Shown: positions 9,514 through 18,290 of the stretch, one piece after another
Numbering within the stretch: position 1 is the first letter of the stretch
Layout: each line of letters starts with the position of its first letter
Assembly: GCA_008632985.1 (NCBI GenBank)
Contig: QPGO01000026.1
Coordinates: 673,727-693,726, forward strand
DNA from: Psammoneis japonica
Taxonomy: Eukaryota
Length of the DNA: 20,000 bases
Direction of reading: 5' to 3'
The notes under the pieces: generated by a model
The model's input: the letters and a program-made list of their open reading frames with translations, nothing else
The model's database searches: none
Told to the model about the DNA's origin: nothing
Program-made: the position numbers and the translations under genes

Positions 9514-11470
9514 TGGCAACAGTGATTGACAACAATGGCAACGTGTTTTTGCAAGCCACGCAGCAGGCTCAGAGATCATGGTGAGACCAAATGCACACCA
9601 GCTGGCAAGTGGTGAAGCTCCAACAGCAACAGGAGCTCTTCACGGGGGGGGGGGCATGCAAAAGCACTTTGTCTGTCACTTTTCTTGCTTCTTTGCTGAA
9701 CAGCTGGGCTGGCTTCACTTTTTGTGCATGCTCAGCTGGGTGTTCAAAGAATGCTTCAAAGCAGCAGCACAGCAACATTGGTTTGGTGCTTCAACCTGCC
9801 CACATCTTTGCTGAGCAATGTGTGTGTCACACCACAGCAGTTGTGTTTCTTTAACTTTTCTCAATCACTTGTTGTTTGCAGGCTGCTAGAGAAAAAAGGT
9901 GAAAGCACACTGTGTGCAAGCAAGAGATGCCAGCACACCAGTGTTTGGAGGAACCAAGCCTTCAAATAGAAGCACAAAAAAGCTCAACAAAAAGATGTTG
10001 ATGTTGTGCCAGCAAGGACTTCTGGGCTTGTCATTGGTGGTGTTGGATGGCACCTGCTCTCTTGTGCTGCCTGCCTGTGCAATCTGGGTGGCAGCAGCAG
10101 CAGCCATTGGTGCACATGAGTGGGCAAGCAAGTTGATTGGCACCCCACCATGGCAACAAACGGCTGACTCACTGCTCTCTCTTGCCTCTTGCCATGGTGT
10201 GCAAGAAACCAGAGCTGCTCTGACAAAGCATGCAGAGTGCGGCAGCATGCCATGTCGACTGCATCATGCTGGTCCGGATCCAAACACTCAGAGAAGCGAG
10301 TCCTCATCAAGAAGATTGGTTGCTTGTCTGCGTGCCGATGAGGTCACCTCAACAGCGAATCAGCTGTCCAAGCTGCCGCATCATCACTCTGGACAACCTG
10401 GCACTGTTGGCTAAACATCTGTTGCACCGACCGAGGGAATCTCAGTGCAGTGTGCGCGCAAGTGCAGCAACACTTTCGAACAACATTTGGGCATGAAAAC
10501 AGAAGCAAACAATGTGTGGGGCAAGATGTGATGACAATGGCATTGTTGGACTGTGCTGTTGTTGCTTAAATTCAGTTCAGAAATCATGAATTCAAAGTGC
10601 GATGAAGACAAACTGACACCAAAGGACAACAAGATCGAGACTCTTCGACACCTGCATCGCCAACACGGGCAACAAAGAACAAAAATCAACGTGTGTTTTG
10701 CACGTCTCATTCATTGACACTCACTTCTTTCCTGATTCCTGAGAAACACAACACATGCAACATCAGTGTTGCTGTCTCTGACAGGCTGTCATGTGGCCAC
10801 ACACACTTGGAAACTGCCGAGTGACGAACGCAAACGGAGTCGAAGCACATTCTGTCATTGTGCTTTTGCAAGCATTTTTTGTTCATTCTCCCATCCACAA
10901 GAGCACGAAGCATTGAAATGAATCAATGTTGAACAGCGCCACAAAATGCGTTGCTTTCTAGAGTGCGCACGTGGCAAACACACCAACAAACCACCACGGT
11001 TCATCCACAACATTTGCGTCTGTAGAGCAAAATTTTTAGCACCAGCGTAGAAATGGTGCCAAGATCTTGTGCAGACTTGTGACATGGCAAGACCGCAACG
11101 GAAGATTGCACATTTTTTTCTCAACCCGAAACCTTCGCCATTGTGCTGGAAGTGTTTCGGCAGCCATCGCAAGTGCACCATGCACTGACAATCAGCTCAT
11201 TGCATCATTGATCTTCAAAGGAACATCCCACAATGCTTGTTTGCTTGAAATTGCATGGAAGTTGAAGAAACTCAGTTGCCAACAATCAGGAAGAAATGTT
11301 GCAGCATTCCGAGGGTGCCGACAAGCAGCAACACGGCGGGGTTTCGTGTCTGTTCATCTTGTTGAACCAACAGCTGGAACATTGTCTCTTTCGAACATTC
11401 AAGGTGAGTTAAATGTGAACATTGCAATTCAAAACAATCCCAAAATGTTCTCAGATTTTTTTCGGTACAA

Positions 11471-11527
11471 ATCTACGCAGCTTTGTCGTAGATGGCACAG
11501 AAACCCGTGGCAAGGTTCTGTGCCATC
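11471..11527. repeat. Two overlapping inverted repeats
   Basis: atctacg/cgtagat (11471-11477, 11487-11493) and gatggcacagaa/ttctgtgccatc (11491-11502, 11516-11527). Confidence 0.8.
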
Positions 11528-11822
11528 GAAAATGCTCAGGACCTCGCTGCGCGTTTCTGTGCATGCCGGTAATGAGCAGGGATATCGTCTGTAATTGACA
11601 AGAAATATTTTTAGTCATATGATTCGACGCTAATACCACCGCACGTAAGTTGAACCGTGGTGAAACGGGGTGCTGTACGCGCGAAATGTACGTGCTACCG
11701 TAATCCGCGCCTTGCTTGCCTTCATTGCCGCGATGTGTTGAATTTCAAGACATCGATCTCTAGCTAGAGTGATAGAGCGACAAGAGAGCTCCAACAACAG
11801 CAACAACAACAACCACACGACC

Positions 11823-13084
11823 ATGTCGGCTCCTTGGGCCCGAATAACTGATGATGCCTACAAGTCATGGCTTCTGGAGGCCATGACAGCTGAAGAGTAC
11901 AATGGACTTGGACCTGTTGAACGACGAACTTTACTGACCCAATTTCAGCAGCAGCAACAGCAGGCGCCGTCCCCGAAGCAATTCTCCGAAGAAACCGTTG
12001 CTGGTCTTGCACAGTTTGCAACGGATTATCAAACAAGAAAAAGGACAATTGTACTTTCTGGAGCAACTAGTTCAACGAAAAATGACCTGATGGATATGCT
12101 GAATATGCAAGAGAAAGGGGCTGGCTGGAGAGATAGAACTGCTGTTTCGCAGTCAGGGCAGCATGTCGATGGGTTTTTGTGGTTAAAAAGTAACGAAGAT
12201 TCTGACGAGAATCGTGAAGGGTATATGGCTCATCTCAATGCCTTCATACAAAAACCAGTGGAGTATGCATTAGCAGATGTGCAGCCAGATAGGGACCTGT
12301 TGACGGTACATTTCCTTCGATCAGAACCCGAAAGTCGACAAATACGTGGAACTACTGATGTTGTCATCGCAAAATCAGTTCACGTTAACAATGCGGCAAT
12401 TCGGAACAACATTGAAGCTCTGATTGAATTGAAGAAGCCCAGAACTTGCAAGAAAAAGATCACACCCCACAAACAATTGGTGAACACTTTGCGGCCTCTT
12501 ATCTTAATATCCATTGTCCGGTGGTTTCCGTTTTGACCGATTTGAACGACAGATGGACTTTCTTCTGGTTTGCAAGAGGAGAGGATTGTTTGGGTTCGGC
12601 TGCTCTCTACAAGATCTGTCTCAAGGGATCAAGCGCAGCGGCAGAGGCAAAACACATACTGAATAGCCTTTTCGTCAAAGACGTGCCCGAGGACAGACTT
12701 CCGGCCACCTTTGCTAATCGAATTTCACTTCAGGCTGCCTTGGAGTGTGTCGCAACGAGCAAGAAGACGCGAATTGAAAGTAGTGGCCATGATGAGGGAG
12801 CTGCGAAGCCTGCTGGTGGGTCGGATGAGTCTCCAACACCTAAAAGAAGCCAACATGCCTCTTCACAGAGGGGTGGCAAATCAGATCGAAACAATCAAAG
12901 CATCGTTCGCGGGAATAGCAGTGCCCCAATGAACATGACTGAAATGTTGAGCCTCTTTGCGCCTCCTGCCGATAGAGATGTAGCCAATGAGCTTGACCTG
13001 TTAGATATGGTGGACGAAAATGAACAGTATGAAATTATCCGTTCATTTGCTTTGAAGCACATCGTGCCTTACATGAAGGGATAA
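11823..13084 (+). pseudogene. Crinkler (CRN)-like protein with a restriction-endonuclease-fold domain, interrupted by a -1 frameshift near 12440 (pseudogene or assembly indel)
   Basis: IRGTTDVVIAK...ALIELKK (PD-(D/E)XK-like) is in one frame. QTIGEHFAAS...PVVSVLTDLNDRWTFFWF follows in the -1 frame. One extra base in aagcccagaac joins them. ATG at 11823 with a poly-Gln N-terminal header. Confidence 0.7.
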
Positions 13085-13448
13085 CTGTGAAATCTCTTCC
13101 GGAGCTGTTCTTTGGCCTTTGGGAGAAGCTGAATCGTATCTTTCATCACGGCTACGAATATTAGTATGCATAACGCTGCAACTTTGCTTGGTCAATCCAA
13201 AAGGAGAATGGATCAGAGGAGCGAGAAACGAAGCGGAAGACATGGCGTAACAAAAGTTCGATATGCACGATAATTTAGTTGCTTCTACATGTATGTGGTC
13301 TCTTAATTGCCGAAAGCGCTTATAAAGAAGGATGTGCGTTCTCTCTAGCTAGCTGCTCGAAGTTTGCTATCGTACCGGTAGTTGACCAACAAAAAGGCGC
13401 ACAATTATTGGGGTGCCGAATGTAGTCGTCGTGTCTCTCCGTAGCTAG

Positions 13449-14255
13449 CTAGTCTATGTCTTGTGAGCTAGGATCCACAATGTTAAGTTTGCCATTTCGA
13501 GGTTCAACAGCATGCATGGTGACACCCAGTTGATCGGCAAACTTTTGCGGTACATTGCGTTCTTGGGACTGGTTGTCAAGTTGATGACAACAACTCCTGG
13601 TCTCCCACCTCACCCGCACCGGCCAGTGCGATGAGCGTAGTGCGAAGCATCTGTTGGCGAATCAAAGTTGATCACATGTGTCAAAAGGGGTGAGTCGAGA
13701 CCTCGTGCTGTCAGCTCTTTAGCAACAATGATGCCAACTTAGCCTTCTTGTAACTGAAGCAATCTTCTCACTCCCTCGTCCACCGTGAAGAGGGGCGGCA
13801 ACAATGCCCATGCCCTCTCTAGCTTTTCCACAATGACATCTACCTTTCAAGAGTTTTTGGCAAAAACTGGTGTCTGTTGTGGCAATGGATCAGCATGCAG
13901 TGTTCTTCGCAAAGTCTCAAGAGCATGTCAATGATGCGGAATGTGCACGACACCGTGAATTGCTGTTCAACTGACTCGAGCAGCTTGCCCTTTTCCAGAC
14001 CCTTCCTTTCCACCATCCAATGATGAAGTCACAAGGACATTGTCCTTGTCCACCATTGCAGCTGTGCAATCTTCTTGCAAACATGCTTCTAGCCAGCCAG
14101 CTTCGGAGAGCCCAGCATGTCTGATGCAGTCACAGAGCAAAGGACGGACTGCAACAGATCCCCACGTCATTTCTTCAGGCACTGGGCAATGACATTGGCA
14201 GGATTACGGTGAGGCTTGCACTTCAGCAGAGCATCAAACTCATCCAAAAGAACAA
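13449..14255 (-). pseudogene. 5'-truncated DEAD-box RNA helicase pseudogene (not recognisable in the ORF track)
   Basis: Manual minus-strand translation: motif II LLDEFDALL (DEFD 14244-14233), motif III LCSVT (from SAT), APLHGG, motif V ELTARGLD (ARGLD 13708-13694), HVINFDSP, motif [17 protein letters not shown], stop TAG 13451-13449. Several TGA stops (probably from CGA) and frameshifts. Confidence 0.9.
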
Positions 14256-16190
14256 GATCACAACTCCGAAAACTCACAAAGAATTGCAACGCTTTGTCGG
14301 CATGATCAACTGCTGTCGAGTCATGTGGCCTCAACAATCTCACGTTGTTGCTCCTTTGGCCAGACTCACCTCAACACCGGCAAAGTGGGATTGGACCAAA
14401 ACGGAAGAAAAAGCCTTCAAAAATGTGAAGCACATCATCTCCAAAGACATGTCACTGTCACACCCAAATTTTGACAAACCCTTTGAGATGTGTGCTGATG
14501 CGAGCAATTCTCAATTGGGAGTGGTTGTCATGCAGAACAGTTGGCCTGTTGCTTTCCACAGCCGCAAGCTGAATGGAGCACAGATGCGTTGTGCTGAAAT
14601 GGAAGAAAAAGAACTGTTGTTCACAGTGGAGATGTTAAAAGAGTTCCGGAACGTGCTGTTTGGCCAACAGATGAATGTGCACATGGATCATAAAAATCTC
14701 ACACACAAAAACTTCACAATGGACAGAGTCATGCACTGGCATCTGACAATGGAAGAATGCAGTCCCAAACCAATTTACCTCAAGGGCAAGGCCAACATTG
14801 TTGCAAATGCAATCAGCAGACTCACCATGAAAAAAGTGGAACCTGTGGAAAACCTCAGCAATGAAGAACCAGCTGAAATGTTGCCACCAAAATCCAGTGA
14901 CAATGTCTTTCTGTTGACGTGCAAAGTTCTTGACACTGAACAAAAGCAGGACAAAGACATTCTCTCCAGATTGTCGGGTGCAACACATCACACAAAGATT
15001 CTTCATGGAGGTGAGCGAGGCTGGTTGCTCACATGTCACAAGGACAAAATCATCACTCCAAAGACATTGCAAAAGGCAGTGACGACAGATTGGTGTCACA
15101 CTCACCTTCTTCACCCTGGCACAAACAGAACAGAAGAAACACCATCTCACAAAACACTTGTGGTGGTCTGCCCTGCATGATGACATGCAAAAATGCGTGT
15201 GTCAAAATGTGAGATGTGCCAAAAATTCAAAAAGAAACAGAAGACATTTGGACATTTGCCCCCCCCCCAAGTGTGCAGAAACCAGTGCCATGGGAATGAC
15301 TGTGTGTGGATCTCATTGGACCATGCAAAGTGCATTGCAAGGGAAAGAACAAAGAACCCCCAGCCCTGAAATGTTTGACAATGATTGATCCAGCAACCAG
15401 ATGGTTTGAAGTTGTGGAAATTCCAAACAAGGAATCCACAACTGCAGTTGGACTGTTGGAACAAACATGGTTGAGAGCAGACATCCTTGGCCGTTGTCAA
15501 TTGCACGTGACTGTGGAAGTGAGCTCATCAGACACTGATTTAAAGACATGGTTGAAGAGGGCTGTGGAGCTGCAAAGTCAAGCCTGCAACCACACAAAAT
15601 CCACAGTCGAGCGCAACTGTAGAATGTGCACATCAAGTGCTGGGCAATGTGCTGCATGCATTTGACCCACAACATTCACCGTTGGATGCTGCTGATGATC
15701 TGTTTGCTGGTGTGCCATCCGCAGCAGCCTTTGCTGTGCTTTCTGCATGTCACACCACTGTGCAAACTGCACCAGGACAATCAGTCTTCAATGGAGAGAC
15801 ATGATTTTTAATGTCCAACATGTTGCTGATTAGAAGTTTGTCCAAAAGCAAAAACAGCAAATCACAAATGGAGACAATGCCAAAGAAAACGCTCGATCTG
15901 TGCACTCCATGCATGCACCACAGAGCAGGTGAGAAGACACCACTCGAGAAACACTTCCAAAAATTAGAACAGCTGCATGCAGGGCCACATGCTGTGATGA
16001 CAACGGCACACGCCAATGGCACAGCAAAGATCAAACACAGTGATGTCATTGACGGCTGTCAACATTCATTGTGTTGTGTGCCGTTTTTGACGAATGATGT
16101 CACAATGTGCAATTGGGGAGGCGAACGCAACATGCATTGTCATGTGCATTTTGTGTGTGTGTGTGTGCATTCATTAACAGTTTGGTGACC
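14255..16190 (+). mobile_element. pol: Degenerate 5'-truncated Ty3/Gypsy retrotransposon: RT thumb/connection, RNase H, integrase, GPY/F region, PPT, short LTR remnant
   Basis: Domain order RT-RH-INT. Motifs GMINCCR, CADAS, AFHSRKL, DHKNL, VANAISRL, HLLHPG, CVDLIGP, MIDPATRWFE, DCGSE, NPQS..VECAHQ, GPH. Frameshifts after about 15140. PPT-like ggggaggcgaa at 16115-16125. Confidence 0.93.
16152..16167. repeat. (TG)8 microsatellite
   Basis: Seen directly, inside the presumed LTR remnant. Confidence 0.9.
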
Positions 16191-16475
16191 CTCAAAACAA
16201 CAGCCAAGTGGTTCATGACATGCGCCGAGCGAATTCGGGTTGCAAAACTTTTTTTGCGTGTGCACGCACAGATAGATGCTCGATTTTACTACGCGACGCC
16301 CGCGCGCGCGTGGTCTTACTCCGAGCAACATTCAATCGTGGGAATCATTCCAACGCTCTCTTCCACTTCACTCGCAGGCAGTCCACGTAGAATTCGTACC
16401 ACATTCTACACAACAGCTGCCAGTCACTGAGAGAACGCATTCTCGCAAAAAAACAACAAAAACGCGACAAGCACC

Positions 16476-17959
16476 ATGGGAAACGAAAGTTCCAAGGCAC
16501 GAAAACAACGACAGGACAAAAAGACTCTTGTCCAAGTCGTCAAGTCTTCCTATGCTACTGCCAGTAAGGCTGTTCAATTCCATGATACACCCGCTACAAC
16601 CGCCACAACGGTTGCTGCTGCTTCGCCGTCTTCCGGAAAACATAATTTACTCGTCACGGGTCGATTATCCCATGTCCGCGATACATATCACATGTCTCCT
16701 CAAGAGATTGGACACGGTCATTATGGGATTGTACGTAAATGTCGTCATCGTGAAACGGGTGAATGGTGTGCAATCAAATCGATTCAAAAATCTAAACTCA
16801 GCAATACCAAAGTACTCGAGAGAGAAGTGCATGTCCTGCAAGCACTGCATCATACGCATGTGTTGGAATTGAAACAAATCTTTGAAGATGAACATTATTT
16901 GCATTTTGTCACCGAACTATGCAAGGGAGGTGAACTCTTTGATGAAATTTTGAAACGAGAGCATTTTTCCGAAGTGGACGCAGCGCAACTCATGCGGGAT
17001 GTGCTGTCGGCGATTCGGTATTGTCACGATGAGAAACAGATTTGTCATCGGGATTTAAAGCCCGAGAATTTTTTGTTTTTGAATCCAGATGGAACACACA
17101 TTAAAATTATCGACTTTGGTTTGTCGAGATTTGATTTGGATGGAGAAATCATGAAAACCAAGGTCGGAACGCCGTATTATGTCGCACCGGAAGTGTTGCG
17201 ACGACGATACACCAAGGCGTGTGACATGTGGAGCTTGGGAGTCATTACGGTATGTGTGTGTAGAAAACAGAGCTATTGTTGTTGTTGTTTTATAATTTTG
17301 TATTGCACATCCTCACCATCTTTTCTTTTCTAATTCACTTAACTACAACACAGTACATTCTACTCTGTGGCTACCCACCCTTTTACGGGGATTCCGATGC
17401 CGAAATTTTCAAATCCGTTTCGGCGGGGTATTATTGCTTTCCACAACCCGAATGGAATGACATTTCCGATGAAGCCAAGGACTTTGTCAATAATTTGTTG
17501 CAAATGGATCCCTCCAAACGCATGACGGCAGCCCAAGCGTTGGAACATGAATGGATTACGAAGTATAACAATGAGACAAAACCAAAACCAGAATCATCAT
17601 CACAGCGAGCACAACCACAGCAAAAGCGGAATAGTGTCAAGAGTGAAAAGTATCAACGTGATCGTGCCTTGCAAAAACTCAAAAAGGCAACCTATGCCTA
17701 TTTACAAAAAAACAAGCAACATGCCGATAGCAATGCTTCGACGAGTAGTGACGAAAACAATTCGGAAGATGAAAAACGCATCAAGAGTGCCTTTGATCAT
17801 TTTGTCACGTCGGATTCCAAGGGATTGTCGGTGGATAATGTCAAGGATATTTTAAGAGATTCGGTACAAGCCAAGGAATTGATGGATTTGGTAGATACCA
17901 ATCATGATGGAAGAATATCCTTTGACGAATTCTATCAAGCCATTGTTCAAAAGGAATAA
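16476..17959 (+). CDS. CDPK: Calcium-dependent protein kinase-like, 2 exons (16476-17249, 17354-17959), 459 aa
   Basis: MGNESS myristoylation motif; GHGHYG, AIK, HRDLKPEN, DFG, APE. A 104-bp GTATGT...ACAG intron joins SLGVIT-YILLCGYPPF. Junction LQKLKK and EF-hand DTNHDGRISFDEF. Confidence 0.95.
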
Positions 17960-18243
17960 ACAAAAACTATATTAGAATCGTGAGGCAGTGTTATTGCTTG
18001 ACAGTAGCATAGTCCGTCCTCTCCAGTATGATAGTGATAGTAGTGCTAAAGAGTAGCAGAATCCACACACAAGCTCGGTGTGGTTGCAGCTTTATCAAGC
18101 CGTTGTTCAGAAGGAATAATAAATTAGAATCGTGAAGCAAGGTGTTGCTTGGAGTAGTAGTAGTCCGCCCACTGGTAGTAGTAGGAGTAGAAGTAGTACG
18201 AAATAGTAGCAGAAAGCACAAACATTCGCGGTGTGGTTGGTGC
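17931..18243 (+). repeat. Diverged ~160-bp tandem duplication of the CDPK last codons and 3' UTR
   Basis: tatcaagcc(a/g)ttgttca(a/g)aaggaataa...attagaatcgtga...agtagcagaa...cggtgtggttg starts at both 17933 and 18093. Confidence 0.88.
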
Positions 18244-18290
18244 AAAAGCAGCATGATTGATGCAAAAGGATGAAATACAAACATGCAATT

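Larger units (their letters stand above)
8471..11465. other. TpA-depleted (TG/CA-rich) hypermutated domain 1
   Basis: About 13 TpA in 2995 bp by hand count, versus 14 in 8221-8460. Listed ORFs lying wholly inside the domain are Cys/His-rich and nearly Tyr-free. Confidence 0.9.
13861..16270. other. TpA-depleted hypermutated domain 2, with a graded left edge at 13500-13860
   Basis: About 11 TpA in 2410 bp, and 7 in the 360-bp shoulder, versus 11 in 240 bp of the neighbouring CDPK exon (16681-16920). Confidence 0.92.

Noticed and set aside
11491..11527. Helitron 3' hairpin or intrinsic terminator
   Set aside because: No CTRR end at the expected distance on either strand. Intrinsic terminators do not apply to this eukaryotic locus.
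8569..11594. Many Cys/His-rich ORFs that could be taken for metal-binding or toxin-like peptides
   Set aside because: Expected artefact of TpA loss: few TAA/TAG stops and Tyr converted to Cys/His. They overlap on both strands.
14209..14254. Listed start of the 323-aa pol ORF
   Set aside because: These codons are the antisense of the helicase DEFD region. Gypsy similarity starts at about 14255.
14255..15180. Alternative genetic code or functional recoding of Tyr
   Set aside because: Neighbouring genes use TAC/TAT normally, TpA across codon boundaries and outside ORFs is lost too, and the element has frameshifts.
14255..16095. Fungal-type RIP, or APOBEC/ADAR editing of retroelement intermediates, as the explanation
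   Set aside because: RIP creates TpA rather than removing it, and APOBEC gives G->A. RNA editing would be strand-biased, favours UAG (which survives here) and would not reach the adjacent host pseudogene.
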